NCBI GenBank assembly: GCA_963666275.2
Contig: CAXXOA010000001.1
Span: forward strand, 2,048,001 to 2,112,000
Length of the DNA: 64,000 nucleotides
Reading direction: 5' to 3'
Source: Oceanispirochaeta sp.
Lineage (GTDB): Bacteria > Spirochaetota > Spirochaetia > DSM-2461
Made by a program: the position numbers and the translations under genes. The notes beneath the pieces were generated by a model, which was not told where the DNA came from, did no database searches, and saw only the letters and a program-made list of their open reading frames with translations. Below, piece after piece: positions 30,288 through 41,503 of the stretch. How positions within the stretch are numbered: the stretch's first letter is position 1; each line of letters starts with the position of its first letter.

Positions 30288-30412
30288 TTCATGGCTTCAC
30301 AATCTGTACAATTTACTGTATAAAACATATCTTTAAATAAGTTAATTCGGGAAGGCTAAATCATTTTACTCTTCCGGTTCTTATAAAATAGCATGATCAA
30401 TAGGAGGATATA

Positions 30413-31573
30413 ATGAATTTAAGAAACACCTATCAGTTCACCTCTGAAAGTGTTGGAGAGGGACATCCGGATAAAGTCTGTGACCTGATATCAGATTCCG
30501 TCCTGGATACCGCCCTGGCACAGGATAAAGATTCCCGTGTAGCCTGCGAGTGCTTTGCCTCTACCGGTATGGTCCTTGTGGGAGGAGAAATAACCACTAA
30601 CGGGTACATTGATATAATACAGGTTGCCCGTGATACCCTGAAGGAGATCGGATACAATGATCACCGTTACGGCATCGACTACAACTCCTTTTCGGTACTG
30701 TCTGCCATAAAGCCCCAGTCTACGGACATCAGCATGGGTGTCACAGCCGGGGAAGGACTCTACAAGGAACAGGGAGCGGGAGACCAGGGACTGATGTTCG
30801 GTTACGCCTGCCGGGATACGGAAGAACTGATGCCGGCACCCATCCAGTTTTCCCATCAGATTATGAAAAAAGCAGCAGAAGTCAGAAAGAACAAAGTTCT
30901 GGATTTTCTCAGACCCGACGGAAAATGTCAGGTGACCGTCGATTACATTGACGGCAAACCCTCCCATATCTCCACAGTGGTTCTGTCCCATCAGCATGAT
31001 GTGATCGATCATAAAATCATCAGGGAAGGCCTTATCGAAGAAGTCATCAAAAAAAGTCTTCCTTCGGAACTTCTCAATGACAAAACAGTTTTTCATATCA
31101 ATCCCACAGGTAATTTTGTGATCGGAGGCCCCGAAGGAGATGCGGGTCTGACAGGACGGAAAATTATCGTCGATACCTACGGTGGTGCCGCCGCACACGG
31201 CGGAGGAGCTTTTTCCGGTAAAGACCCCTCCAAGGTAGACCGTTCCGCCGCCTACATGGCCCGTTATGTGGCCAAGAACCTTGTTGCTGCAGGAGCAGCA
31301 GACAAATGCCAGGTCCAGCTGGCCTATGCCATCGGTATAGCCGAGCCGGTCTCCCTTTATATTGATACATTCGGAACGGGTAAAGTGGAGGAGGAACTTA
31401 TGGAAAAAGCCGTAAGGGATCTTTTCCGCCTGACCCCAGCCGGGATTATCGATACATTTGATCTGAAAAGACCAATCTACAAACAGACGGCCGCCTACGG
31501 CCACTTCGGACGGAAAGAGTTTCCCTGGGAAAATCTGGATATGGTAGATAAAATCAAAAAAGTTCTGCTTTAA
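30413..31573 (+). CDS. metK: S-adenosylmethionine synthetase
   Basis: [42 protein letters not shown]. Confidence 0.97.
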   Translation: MNLRNTYQFTSESVGEGHPDKVCDLISDSVLDTALAQDKDSRVACECFASTGMVLVGGEITTNGYIDIIQVARDTLKEIGYNDHRYGIDYNSFSVLSAIKPQSTDISMGVTAGEGLYKEQGAGDQGLMFGYACRDTEELMPAPIQFSHQIMKKAAEVRKNKVLDFLRPDGKCQVTVDYIDGKPSHISTVVLSHQHDVIDHKIIREGLIEEVIKKSLPSELLNDKTVFHINPTGNFVIGGPEGDAGLTGRKIIVDTYGGAAAHGGGAFSGKDPSKVDRSAAYMARYVAKNLVAAGAADKCQVQLAYAIGIAEPVSLYIDTFGTGKVEEELMEKAVRDLFRLTPAGIIDTFDLKRPIYKQTAAYGHFGRKEFPWENLDMVDKIKKVLL

Positions 31574-31581
31574 ACAGCAAT

Positions 31582-31612
31582 AAAAAGTTCCGCCTGGTGC
31601 GGAACTTTTTTT
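31582..31612 (+). terminator. metK terminator
   Basis: AAAAAGTTCCGC-CTGGT-GCGGAACTTTTTTT. Confidence 0.8.
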
Positions 31613-31643
31613 ATGCCTATAATGGAAATCAGGGAGGATATAC

Positions 31644-32630
31644 ATGAGCGATTTTTCCTGGTTAAGCCGTTTCAACCCCGAGTCCGGGACAACTACCTGT
31701 CTTTTATGCCCTCACAACTGCACCCTCAAGCCCGGTGAAACTGGTATCTGTCAGACAAGAAAAGCGGAGGAACGGGAAATCACCCCCCTCAGATCCTATC
31801 CGGTCACAGCGGTTGCGGTGGATCCTATTGAAAAAAAGCCCTTTTATCACTATCTTCCGGGATCCAGAATCCTTTCAGTTGGATTCAGCGGCTGCAATCT
31901 GAAATGCCCCTACTGTCAGAACTGGCATATTGCCCAGACTGTGACCCATCAGTACAGCCAGGTCCTCCCCTCAGATATTCCCGGCCTCTGCAGGGAGCAT
32001 AAAAACCCGGGATGCGCCTTTACCTATTCGGAGCCCCTTATCCACTATGAATACCTGATGGACGCAGCAGAAGCCCTTCACAGGGAAGGATTGAAGGCAT
32101 TGCTCGTTACCAACGGGTACATCAATTCCATGCCGGGAGAAAAACTGGCCGAACGGATGGATGCTGTGAAAGTGGATCTCAAAGGGTTCACCCCCGAGTG
32201 GTACAAAAAAGAACTGAAAGGCGGCCTTTCTCCTGTAAAGGAGTTTATCCGGATCTGTGCGGAAAAGACCCATCTGGAAGTGGTGACTCTGATCATTCCC
32301 GGAAAAAACGATTCCCTTGAGGAGATTGAAGCATCCTCCCGGTTTCTGGGATCCATCAGCAGATCCATCCCCTATCATCTGACAGCCTACTACCCCAATT
32401 ATCATTACAGCATTCCCCAAACAAAAGAAACAGTGCTTCTGAAACTGGCTGCCCATGCAAGAGAAAATCTGGATCACGTCTATACAGGCAACCTGGGACT
32501 GGAGAATCCTACGTTCTGCAGCAGCTGCGGGAAAACTCTTATTGACAGGACTTCGGGATCCGTCAGTTTTCCCGGACTGGAGGAGGGAGTTTGCCGGCAC
32601 TGCAGAACTCCTTTATACGGGTGTTTCTGA
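31644..32630 (+). CDS. amrS: AmmeMemoRadiSam-type radical SAM enzyme
   Basis: CLLCPHNC...GIC, DPIEKKPFYHYLPG, CNLKCPYCQNW, FTYSEP, C-terminal CxxC pairs. Confidence 0.85.
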   Translation: MSDFSWLSRFNPESGTTTCLLCPHNCTLKPGETGICQTRKAEEREITPLRSYPVTAVAVDPIEKKPFYHYLPGSRILSVGFSGCNLKCPYCQNWHIAQTVTHQYSQVLPSDIPGLCREHKNPGCAFTYSEPLIHYEYLMDAAEALHREGLKALLVTNGYINSMPGEKLAERMDAVKVDLKGFTPEWYKKELKGGLSPVKEFIRICAEKTHLEVVTLIIPGKNDSLEEIEASSRFLGSISRSIPYHLTAYYPNYHYSIPQTKETVLLKLAAHARENLDHVYTGNLGLENPTFCSSCGKTLIDRTSGSVSFPGLEEGVCRHCRTPLYGCF

Positions 32631-32647
32631 TTTTTTTTCCATATGAG

Positions 32648-32676
32648 TTGACAGTTTTTTCACAGTTTTGTATAGT
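32648..32676 (+). promoter_or_regulatory. Sigma70 promoter of tRNA-Asn
   Basis: TTGACA-N17-TATAGT. Confidence 0.8.
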
Positions 32677-32695
32677 ACCACTCGTTACTTGATAT

Positions 32696-32768
32696 TCCCC
32701 TGTAGCTCAGTCGGTAGAGCGGGTGGCTGTTAACCACCATGTCAGCAGTTCGAGTCTGTTCGGGGGAG
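32696..32768 (+). tRNA. tRNA-Asn(GTT)
   Basis: TCCCCTGTAGCTCAGTCGGTAGAGCGGGTGGCTGTTAACCACCATGTCAGCAGTTCGAGTCTGTTCGGGGGAG cloverleaf. Confidence 0.95.
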
Positions 32769-32771
32769 CTT

Positions 32772-32803
32772 TAAAGCCTTACTTTGTAAGGCTTTATTTT
32801 TTT
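32772..32803 (+). terminator. tRNA-Asn terminator
   Basis: TAAAGCCTTAC-TTT-GTAAGGCTTTA plus T-run. Confidence 0.8.
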
Positions 32804-32949
32804 ATAATCCCTGAAAGCCTTCCATGGTAAAGATGCCTTCCTCCGACAGATCAGACAGGGATTTTTTTTTCTGCATTTTTCAAGGGTTCCCTCCTTTTTT
32901 TCTTTCCTCCCGCCCCGCTGTCTCTTACAATTGAATACAGAGGTATGCC

Positions 32950-34617
32950 ATGAAAAAATATTACATCAGAAAATCCCCGCAGGAAGAACCGACAGTTATC
33001 CGGGCCAGTCAGATCCTGGGCCTCTTTTTTTCTGAGAAGGAAAAGCTTTCCAAAGGGTATCCCCTGGTGGCTCTCCGACTGAACAATGAAATCTACTCCC
33101 TCAATGCCCATCCGGACATGAACGGAATTGCTGCGCCCATCTACCTGAACAGCTCAGACGGGATCCGTCTTTACAGACGCAGTCTCTGCTATCTCCTCGA
33201 AATGGCAGCCAGAGACCTTTTTCCTGAAAGAAGACTCATCCTGAGTCACTCACTGGGGCACAGTTACTACTATCACACCTTCAGGGAACCCAACTTTACG
33301 GAGCAGGAAATCGAAGCCATAAAAAAAAGAATGAATCAGATGGTTTCAGAAAACCGGGAGATATCGCCGGATACTGTCAACTGGCAGGAAGCCATGGACT
33401 ACTTCACCGGAACGAATCAGGAAGATACGGTCTCCCTGCTTGAACAGAAGAGTCAGAGCCGTATTGCCGTTAACAGGACCGGAGACTATATATCACTCAG
33501 ACATGAGTGCCTTCTGCCCGCAACGGGACTTTTGAACTGCTTTGACCTGATCCCCTACACCAACGGTTTTCTGCTCCATTACCCCGGCAGCAATGACCCT
33601 ATGAATCTCCAGCCTTTCAGGGATGAACCTCTCCTGTTCTCCATCTATCAGGAATATAAAGCCTGGGGAAAGATTCTCAATACCAACACGGCGGGCAAAC
33701 TCAACGCCATGACAAGCAGTAAAAGGGAAACAACCCATTTTATCAGGGTTGCCGAATCCCTCCATAACAAAAAAATCGCCCATATAGCCGATCAGGTTCT
33801 AGCCCGGAAAGGGGATGTCAGAGTCATAATGATTGCCGGTCCCTCCTCATCGGGAAAGACGACATTTACCAAAAAGCTCTGCATTCAGCTCCAGGTAGTC
33901 GGCTTCAATCCCATTATGGTGTCCCTGGATGACTATTATCTGCCTCATGAGAGGGTTCCCATAGATGAGTTCGGAAAACCTGACTTTGAAGCCCTGGAGG
34001 CCCTGGATGTGCCTCTGCTGAATCACAACCTTCTTCAGCTGTTCTCGGGAAAGGAAACTGAATTCCCCATATTCGATTTCAGGAAAGGAGGACGCCTTGA
34101 AAAGGGAAGACTTCTTAAAATGGATGAGAGAAGCATCCTTGTGATGGAAGGGATCCATGGGCTGAACAGCCATCTGACACCTGATATTCCCGATGACATG
34201 AAGTTTAGAATCTATATTTCAGCCCTCACCCAGCTGAACCTGGATGATCATAACAGGATATCCACCACAGACAACAGACTGATAAGGAGGATTGTCCGGG
34301 ATCATCAGTTCAGAGACTATGATGCCTTGAAGACGATTCGTATCTGGCCCTCCGTACGGAGAGGAGAGGACAAAAATATTTTTCCCAACCAGTCTCAGGC
34401 GGATATTGCCTTCAACTCGGCTCTGGATTATGAACTGGCTGTGCTTAAAGTGTATGCGGAGCCTCTGATTAGAAGTATTCACCCTGATAAGGAGGAGTAT
34501 TCAGAAGCCAGGAGGCTCCTCTCTTTTCTGAATAATTTCTCCCCCATACCATCCTATATGGTCCCGGATGACTCGATCCTGAGGGAGTTTATAGGTAACA
34601 GCAGCTTCAAGTATTAA
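32950..34617 (+). CDS. Nucleoside/uridine kinase with ThrRS N-terminal-like domain
   Basis: IRLYRRSL (ThrRS N2-like); P-loop GPSSSGKTT, SLDDYY, EGIHGLN, RLIRRIVRD. Confidence 0.8.
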   Translation: MKKYYIRKSPQEEPTVIRASQILGLFFSEKEKLSKGYPLVALRLNNEIYSLNAHPDMNGIAAPIYLNSSDGIRLYRRSLCYLLEMAARDLFPERRLILSHSLGHSYYYHTFREPNFTEQEIEAIKKRMNQMVSENREISPDTVNWQEAMDYFTGTNQEDTVSLLEQKSQSRIAVNRTGDYISLRHECLLPATGLLNCFDLIPYTNGFLLHYPGSNDPMNLQPFRDEPLLFSIYQEYKAWGKILNTNTAGKLNAMTSSKRETTHFIRVAESLHNKKIAHIADQVLARKGDVRVIMIAGPSSSGKTTFTKKLCIQLQVVGFNPIMVSLDDYYLPHERVPIDEFGKPDFEALEALDVPLLNHNLLQLFSGKETEFPIFDFRKGGRLEKGRLLKMDERSILVMEGIHGLNSHLTPDIPDDMKFRIYISALTQLNLDDHNRISTTDNRLIRRIVRDHQFRDYDALKTIRIWPSVRRGEDKNIFPNQSQADIAFNSALDYELAVLKVYAEPLIRSIHPDKEEYSEARRLLSFLNNFSPIPSYMVPDDSILREFIGNSSFKY

Positions 34618-37568
34618 TCCCTGACATCCAGCTCCGGAAGAATTTCTTCCGGCGGCGTCAGGAGATCCGGTTCCGCTTCCGAAAGGGACTCATCGGCAGA
34701 TTCCTCTGCGGGAGCAGCAATTTCCCCTGCTTTCAGAGCCCATTCAGAATCAGGATACTCTGAAATAAGCATCTCCCTGGTTCTTTCGGAACTCTGGGAG
34801 TCTCCGGCCAGGCGATAGGCTGTTACGGCTTCATACATGGCTTCTGCAATCCAGCTGTGCTCATTGGGAAAACGGTAGCGGATCCGAAGAAAGGCATCGG
34901 CAGCGTTTTTCCACATCTCCTGATCCAGAAGGATTCCGGCCAGTGTAAACTGAGCCCGGGCTGCTATATCTGAAGTGGCTTTGTCTACCAGGGGTTTCAG
35001 AAAGATTTCCGCATTGGCATAATCGCCGTTCTGATAGAAGTGCAGCCCCTTATACAGGGAGATCCTGTTCTGCAGTTCATCACTCAGATTGTCTCGTAAT
35101 CCCATATCATTAAGCCTGTTGATGGTAGCTTCTTCTTTCAGAGTTAAAGAGAGCAGAGCCAGTTCGATCTGATCCGACCCGTTTTCATCAATCACGGGAA
35201 GTGCCTGAATCTGACGAATCTGATCAATCATCTTCTCATTCACCCTGTTCTCCCCGAGAACTCCCACGATCTGACTGACGATGAGCTGAGCCTTCTCACC
35301 GGAGGGATATGCCGTCAGATACTCTTTCATAAGAAGGAATTTTTCCGACAGATTTTCTGTGAACGACAGAGCCCTGTAGAGAGCCGTTTCGGCAAGGGGA
35401 TTGTCCGGAAACAGATAATAGAGCTGCTGATAGGCATAAACTGCAGATTCGGTTTTTTCCCTGTCCATAAAAACTTCCGCAGCCCTGAAAAGGCCGTCCG
35501 GGGGAAGTGGACTGTCGGGAAACTCATTCTGAAGTCCCTTCAGGTATTCCATGGCAGCTGTAAAATCTTCAAGCATAAAATGAGACCAGGCTATCTGATA
35601 GAGAAGTTCCTCCCGCATTGAGGCATAATCGATCTTTTCCAGTGCCGGGAGATAGCGGTCCAGAGAGGATTTCCACTCTTCCAGATAGGAGAGCGCCAGC
35701 CCGGACCTGTAGAGACTGTCCCCTGCCAGAATATTTTCAGGATAGGCGGAAGCCAGTGTATCGAAGCTGAGAGATGCGTCTCTGAACTGGGAAAGCCTCA
35801 TATAACTCCATCCCAGCTGATACAGAGATTCGGCGTGTCTGTCAGGATAGGATGCCAGATCGGCGGCACTTCTGTAGAAAGAGGCGGCATCCATATACCG
35901 GCCCCGGTCCATGGAGATTTTACCCAGATAGAAATAGGCATCCCCCTTCCAGTATACAGGACCTTCCGTTTCGATAATGGAAGTAAAAACCCTGACGGCC
36001 TCATCGTTATCACCTATATTGAGACTGCAGATTCCCGATGACAGCAGAGCTCTGTAGTAAAGCTCTCCGGGATCTGAATTATCCAGAATAGCAGTAAAGT
36101 AGCCTTTGGCCCTGTTAAACTCTTTCCTGACCGTGTAGATATAACCGATTCTGTAACGGGCTTCGTTTCTCAAGGAAAGCTCCGTCCGATCCAGATTCAG
36201 GATGTTCTGATAGTACTGAAGGGCTCCGTTGTAGTCCTTTTCACGGTAGGCGATATTCCCTCTCATGTAGAGATAAAGCTCTTTTTTCTCTGTCTGGGGA
36301 TAATCGGTGAGCATCCTGTCCAGGTGATTCTTCAGAGCCAGATCCTGGGTATTGGAATCGTAGTAGACAGCCATCCATTCGCCCACAAGCTCCCTGTAGG
36401 AGCTCTTCTTGTACTGATTGAAGAGTTTTTCATAGAGCAGAATAGTTCTCTCTTTCTCACCCTGCTCATCGTATATCCTGCCGCTTTCATAAAGACTTTC
36501 CGCTGCAATATCGGGATCAAGCCCCTTTGATGCCAGCAGATACCACTCCAGAGATTTATCCGGATTATCCGGCCAGGTCCGGGCAAGATTATACTGGATT
36601 TTCTGAACCTCCAGCGGATCCGTCTGGGAGGCCAGTAGTTTTTTCAGAGAATCTCTGGCCGTTTCAAGTTCACCAGAAAGCATATATCCTTCGGCCAGAA
36701 CAATCAGAGCATCCATAGCATAGGGGCTGTCGGGATAATCGTCATTCAGAAGAGTCATGTACTCTTTGGCGGCATCAAAATTGTCATTCAGGGCATAGAG
36801 GCTGCCCAGGCGGAATATTGCTTTTTCCCTGTTTTCCGAATCGGCATAGAGGCTCAGGAAGGATTCAAACTTCTGGATGCTCTGCTCCTGATCGCCCAGG
36901 AGATAATAGCACTCTCCCATATAGAAGGGGATCTCTTTGAGCAGCTGGGGAACATCCCTGTAATTGACTGTAAGATCCGAAAAGATTTCCAGGGCTTTTG
37001 CGTACTCTTCCCTGTCCATATAAAGGACTCCCTGCCTCTCCAGAGACTGGGCGGCTATGGTCTTGTCGGGATTTGTATCAATAAGCTTCTGATAGGACTC
37101 AATGGCCAGAGCGGACTGACCTGTTTTTTCGTAACAGTATCCCAGAAACTGATAGCTCTTCTGAAGAAAGTAGATCTCATCTGTAAATTCTGTCTGCCTA
37201 TTGAAATCATCGATGGCATTATTAAAATCCTCAGAGGCATAGCGGCTGATTCCCATCCAGTAGTGGATACGTTTGAGATAGGCTGAGCCCGGGTATTTTT
37301 TGTCGAAATCCGAGAAATACCGTATGGTCCTGTCGAACTGTTTGAGATAAAAGTAGGAGACCCCGATCATATAGTCTGCCTGATCCACCCGGGGATCATC
37401 GGGGTAGCGGCTTATAAACTCATTGAAACTGCCCACTGCACGGGAGAACTGTTTTTCCGAAAAAGCCTGCCTTGCCTCCTGAAACAGAGCCGTACTCGTC
37501 TGCCCCCACAGAGTTGCAGCCGAGAATATAATTGCGCAGAGTAGTATAGCCGTTTTCTTCAAGTTCAT
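34614..37568 (-). CDS. Large secreted TPR-repeat protein
   Basis: Signal peptide; many TPR units ending YP.S...A..ALY. Confidence 0.85.
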   Translation of the reverse strand: MNLKKTAILLCAIIFSAATLWGQTSTALFQEARQAFSEKQFSRAVGSFNEFISRYPDDPRVDQADYMIGVSYFYLKQFDRTIRYFSDFDKKYPGSAYLKRIHYWMGISRYASEDFNNAIDDFNRQTEFTDEIYFLQKSYQFLGYCYEKTGQSALAIESYQKLIDTNPDKTIAAQSLERQGVLYMDREEYAKALEIFSDLTVNYRDVPQLLKEIPFYMGECYYLLGDQEQSIQKFESFLSLYADSENREKAIFRLGSLYALNDNFDAAKEYMTLLNDDYPDSPYAMDALIVLAEGYMLSGELETARDSLKKLLASQTDPLEVQKIQYNLARTWPDNPDKSLEWYLLASKGLDPDIAAESLYESGRIYDEQGEKERTILLYEKLFNQYKKSSYRELVGEWMAVYYDSNTQDLALKNHLDRMLTDYPQTEKKELYLYMRGNIAYREKDYNGALQYYQNILNLDRTELSLRNEARYRIGYIYTVRKEFNRAKGYFTAILDNSDPGELYYRALLSSGICSLNIGDNDEAVRVFTSIIETEGPVYWKGDAYFYLGKISMDRGRYMDAASFYRSAADLASYPDRHAESLYQLGWSYMRLSQFRDASLSFDTLASAYPENILAGDSLYRSGLALSYLEEWKSSLDRYLPALEKIDYASMREELLYQIAWSHFMLEDFTAAMEYLKGLQNEFPDSPLPPDGLFRAAEVFMDREKTESAVYAYQQLYYLFPDNPLAETALYRALSFTENLSEKFLLMKEYLTAYPSGEKAQLIVSQIVGVLGENRVNEKMIDQIRQIQALPVIDENGSDQIELALLSLTLKEEATINRLNDMGLRDNLSDELQNRISLYKGLHFYQNGDYANAEIFLKPLVDKATSDIAARAQFTLAGILLDQEMWKNAADAFLRIRYRFPNEHSWIAEAMYEAVTAYRLAGDSQSSERTREMLISEYPDSEWALKAGEIAAPAEESADESLSEAEPDLLTPPEEILPELDVRD

Positions 37569-37580
37569 TCTCCCGGAATA

Positions 37581-40061
37581 TCAGTCTTTTTTGATTGCTT
37601 TCGCTTTGTCTTTCGGACGCATGGAGATCTTTCCTCCCCGGTACTCGCAGGACACTGTGGAGCCTTCCGGAAATTTTCCATTCAGTATCCCTATGGACAG
37701 GGGATCTTCGATCTCCTTCTGTACAGCCCGCCTCAGCGGCCGGGCTCCATAGACAACATCATACCACTGACTGATCAAATGGTCTTTCACTTTTGCTGAA
37801 ATATCCAGGCCCATATTCTGCTGCTGCAGTCTCTCACGGACCTCCTGAATCATAAGATCCAGTACGGACATAATTTCCTTCTCATTGAGAGAGTGAAACA
37901 TACAGATTTCATCGATCCGGTTCAGGAATTCCGGTCTGAAAAGCCTTTTCAGTTCATTCATGGCTGTAGATTTCTGCTGATCCGGTGCGATAAGACCGGT
38001 CTGCTGAAATCCGGGGGAAGTTCTGGCCATCTCACGGGCTCCCACATTGGAAGTCATAATGACCACGGTATTCTTGAAGGAGATCCGGTGTCCCAGATTA
38101 TCCTGCAGTTCCCCCTCTTCCAGTACCTGAAGGAGCAGGTTGAACACATCCATATGAGCCTTTTCAATCTCATCGAGGAGTATAACACTATAGGGCTGAC
38201 GGCGGATTTTTTCGGTCAGCATTCCCCCTTCCTCATACCCCACATATCCGGGAGGAGAGCCTACGAGACGGGACACGTTGTGTTTCTCCATAAAATCCGA
38301 CATATCGATCCGAACAAGAGACTCTTCCGATCCGAACAGGAATTTAGCCAGGGTCTTGGCCAGCAGGGTTTTTCCCACACCAGTGGGCCCCAGAAAGATA
38401 AAGGAACCCAGCGGACGGGCGGGAGAATTCAGCCCTGTCCGGGAGCGCCTGATGGCGGAGGCAACAGTTTTTATTGCCTCATCCTGTCCGATCACTGTCT
38501 TGTGAAGTTCGTCTTCAATGTAAAGGAGTTTTTCCGACTCACTGCGCACAAGCTGATTCAGGGGAATCCCTGTGTTTTCACTGATAATATTCTGTATATC
38601 CGTGATCTCTATAAGATTGTGTTCTTCTCTGAGAGTTTTCCGCCAGTCATCTTTCATCCGCTCGATTTCCGCCCTGAGAGAGCGGACATTGTCTCTGACA
38701 GAAGCGGCTTTCTCATAATTCTGAGCATTGACAAAGGAGATTTTCTCTGCGGTCAGACGGGCAATTTTATCTTCCAGATCTGATATTTCCACAGGCTGGA
38801 CGGCATTGCTCATCCGTTTTCCCGCCCCGGCCTCATCAAGCAGGTCGATGGCCTTATCGGGAAGACAGCGGTCGGTAATGTAACGGGAGGAGAGTTCCAC
38901 AGCCCCTTTGATGGCTTCCTCTGAGTAGGTCACATTGTGATGGTCCTCGTAGCGCTGCCGGATCCCCTGGAGGATATTGATGGTTTCATCTACCGAAGGC
39001 TCTTCCACAAGCACGCTCTGAAAGCGACGCTCCAGAGCCGGATCCTTCTCGATATGTTTTTTGTATTCATTCAGAGTGGTTGCTCCGATGCACTGCAGTT
39101 CCCCCCGGGAAAGTGCCGGTTTCAGCATATTCGAGGCGTCGATAGCCCCCTCAGCGCCTCCGGCCCCGATGATTGTATGCAGTTCATCGATAAAAAGGAT
39201 TATATTACCGCTCTGTTCTATCTCTTTGAGAATCTTTTTCAGACGTTCTTCAAACTCACCGCGGTATTTTGTTCCTGCCACGATAGAGGCCAGATCAAGA
39301 CTGATGACTTTTTTACCGCTGAAAAAGTCAGGTGCCGTTCCATCCTGGATTCTGATAGCCAGTCCTTCGACAACGGCTGTTTTTCCCACTCCCGGTTCCC
39401 CGATCAGAACAGGATTGTTCTTTGTCCTTCTGGCCAGGATCCGGAGAACCCTGTTTATTTCAATATCCCTTCCGATCACAGGATCCAGAAGATTTTCTGC
39501 TGCCATGGCCGTAAGATCCCGGGAAAATTCCTTCAGAAGATTAGGAACATCCCGCACCCCCTGGGAAGAGTTGAGTTTTATACTCTGAGGCGGGATCTCC
39601 TTGTTCTGAGGTTTCTGCCGTTTCCGGTTGATATCATAGAGGACACTCCTCAGAATTTCCGTGGTGATATTATAGGCCGAGAGGTACATGGCAGTAGAGC
39701 TTCCCGGTTCACCGGCGCCGGCAATAATGAAGTGCTCTGTTCCTATAAACTCATGATGCAGAGCTGTAGCTTCGTTGGCCGCGCTTTCCAGCAGAAACCT
39801 CAGGCGGCTGGAAGGAGGCACTTCTCCCACGGTCAGGTTGACATATTCGGAATTGGGAATGGATTTTTCCAGTTCCTCCTGCATCTCCCTTATATTAATC
39901 CCCAGTTTCCTGAGCAGATGAAATCCGCTGCCCTCTTTGTCTTTGAGAACAGCCAGTATGACATGCTCGGGTAGGAGTTTTTCCGATCTTAATCTTTTTG
40001 CTTCTTCCTGCGCCAGAACAGATAAGACTCTCTGGGCTTCACGACTCAGTCCTTTAAGCAT
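37581..40061 (-). CDS. clpC: ATP-dependent Clp protease ATPase ClpC
   Basis: Two Clp-N repeats, [13 protein letters not shown], short UVR-type middle domain, [17 protein letters not shown]. Confidence 0.92.
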   Translation of the reverse strand: MLKGLSREAQRVLSVLAQEEAKRLRSEKLLPEHVILAVLKDKEGSGFHLLRKLGINIREMQEELEKSIPNSEYVNLTVGEVPPSSRLRFLLESAANEATALHHEFIGTEHFIIAGAGEPGSSTAMYLSAYNITTEILRSVLYDINRKRQKPQNKEIPPQSIKLNSSQGVRDVPNLLKEFSRDLTAMAAENLLDPVIGRDIEINRVLRILARRTKNNPVLIGEPGVGKTAVVEGLAIRIQDGTAPDFFSGKKVISLDLASIVAGTKYRGEFEERLKKILKEIEQSGNIILFIDELHTIIGAGGAEGAIDASNMLKPALSRGELQCIGATTLNEYKKHIEKDPALERRFQSVLVEEPSVDETINILQGIRQRYEDHHNVTYSEEAIKGAVELSSRYITDRCLPDKAIDLLDEAGAGKRMSNAVQPVEISDLEDKIARLTAEKISFVNAQNYEKAASVRDNVRSLRAEIERMKDDWRKTLREEHNLIEITDIQNIISENTGIPLNQLVRSESEKLLYIEDELHKTVIGQDEAIKTVASAIRRSRTGLNSPARPLGSFIFLGPTGVGKTLLAKTLAKFLFGSEESLVRIDMSDFMEKHNVSRLVGSPPGYVGYEEGGMLTEKIRRQPYSVILLDEIEKAHMDVFNLLLQVLEEGELQDNLGHRISFKNTVVIMTSNVGAREMARTSPGFQQTGLIAPDQQKSTAMNELKRLFRPEFLNRIDEICMFHSLNEKEIMSVLDLMIQEVRERLQQQNMGLDISAKVKDHLISQWYDVVYGARPLRRAVQKEIEDPLSIGILNGKFPEGSTVSCEYRGGKISMRPKDKAKAIKKD

Positions 40062-40082
40062 TGCAACCTCACAAAATAAGGT

Positions 40083-40101
40083 AACGGAGAATTTCTCCGT
40101 T
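40083..40101. promoter_or_regulatory. Perfect 9-1-9 inverted repeat upstream of clpC
   Basis: AACGGAGAA-T-TTCTCCGTT. Confidence 0.45.
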
Positions 40102-40201
40102 TATATAAGTGTATTAAATTCTGCCACAAGGGTACAGTTTTTTTGAAAAACAGAGGATTTTTCTCATAAAAAACAGGACATTGACTACCAAAACGTCTGA
40201 A

Positions 40202-41503
40202 TCAGTGCTTTCTGAGGATATCCAGCGGTTTTATCCGTGCCGCTTTACGGGCGGGGATATAGGAAGCCCCCATGGAGAGAAGCACTGTCAGAAGGAAAAT
40301 GGCGAAAATCACGGAAAAGCGGATCTCCACAGGGATCTCATCCAGATAGTAGGCTCTGTTGAGAAGCTCCACCTGTCCCCCGTCGGAAGGACGGTTCATA
40401 ACAAACTGAAAGGCATCGCGAATCCCGTTGATACAGGATTCGAGAAAACGCAGGATCTGATTGAGATAAAGGGAAATAAAGCACCCTGCAGCAATGCCTC
40501 CCAGACTGCCCGCCGCTCCGGCCATTCCGGCAGTCATCAGGTACTGGACAGAGAGAGTGCGGGGGGAGAGGCCCATACTTTTCTGGATTCCGATGGCCTG
40601 TTCGTTTTCCATGACAAGCATAACCATGGAAGAGGAGATATTCATAACCGCGACAAGCACAATCAGGACCATTATGAAAACAAGCAGAGTCCGGGTGGTT
40701 TCAAAGTTGCTCTGCTGGGAACGATTCAGGGTTTTCCATGTATAGATCCCCCATCGGCCCTTGAGAGAGGAATAAAGAGTTTCCTCTATGCCTGTCAAAT
40801 CCCCGTAGGGATCAGCTGTTTTCACTCCGATAATTGTCCGGGACTGATTATCCTGAAGGATCCTCAGAGACCGGCTGTAGGGAATCAGAATCCACATCCG
40901 GTCCAGATCCTGGTATCCGGTGGAGAAAATCCCTGTTACCCTGAACCGGGAGATTTTGGGAATATACTTCCCCGTTGAGAGGGTTTTTCCTGTTAAAAGT
41001 TTAATCTCATCTCCCGGATGAAGATCCAGTTTCCTTGCGGTTTCGCTGCCGATCATGGCAGAGTCCTCTCCGGTCAGGTCAAAATCCCCTTCCTGAATTT
41101 CCAGGTAGCGGCTGAACGCACTGTCTCTAAGGTAAATATCCGGTTCAAGGCCCCTTATGGATACTGCGGTTTCACTGGTGCCGGCAAAAGCCAGGCCCGT
41201 ACCCGTGTGCTCCAGGAATATGTTTTCAACCCCATCTGCCGCGGCCAGGGAGTCCCTGATCTCGCTGAAGGCGGCTTCATCGAGAGAGTCGTAGTTCCTT
41301 AGCTGTATGTGATAGGTGGATGTTTCAATGTAACGGTCGGTAATACCGCGGATCATTCCGTCAGACATGAACAGGACAACCACAAGGGGAATCATGCTCA
41401 AAGCGATACCCAGTACAGCTCCCAGTACAGGCCGGGAAGCCTGCTCGCCCCTCTGCCTGTTGAAGAAGAGGCGCCCCGCCATTTCAAATGCCAGCAGATT
41501 CAT
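40202..41503 (-). CDS. LolC/E-family ABC permease
   Basis: TM1, periplasmic domain, three C-terminal TMs; PARKAARIKPLDILR. Confidence 0.85.
   Translation of the reverse strand: MNLLAFEMAGRLFFNRQRGEQASRPVLGAVLGIALSMIPLVVVLFMSDGMIRGITDRYIETSTYHIQLRNYDSLDEAAFSEIRDSLAAADGVENIFLEHTGTGLAFAGTSETAVSIRGLEPDIYLRDSAFSRYLEIQEGDFDLTGEDSAMIGSETARKLDLHPGDEIKLLTGKTLSTGKYIPKISRFRVTGIFSTGYQDLDRMWILIPYSRSLRILQDNQSRTIIGVKTADPYGDLTGIEETLYSSLKGRWGIYTWKTLNRSQQSNFETTRTLLVFIMVLIVLVAVMNISSSMVMLVMENEQAIGIQKSMGLSPRTLSVQYLMTAGMAGAAGSLGGIAAGCFISLYLNQILRFLESCINGIRDAFQFVMNRPSDGGQVELLNRAYYLDEIPVEIRFSVIFAIFLLTVLLSMGASYIPARKAARIKPLDILRKH

Noticed and set aside
30290..30412. SAM riboswitch upstream of metK
   Set aside because: No SAM-I core (ATC...AGA, GCAACC, GTGC) recognisable; a covariance-model search would be needed for other classes
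30491..31675. Long antisense ORFs (this 394-aa one; also 4068-5123, 25593-26492, 37893-39974, 51659-52531, 62682-63575)
   Set aside because: Shadow frames opposite well-supported genes; no recognisable motifs
32696..32950. tRNA-Asn or tRNA-Val as an integration site; shared TTATAATCCC after both tRNA terminators
   Set aside because: No integrase and no duplicated tRNA 3' end; a 10-bp AT-rich match can arise by chance
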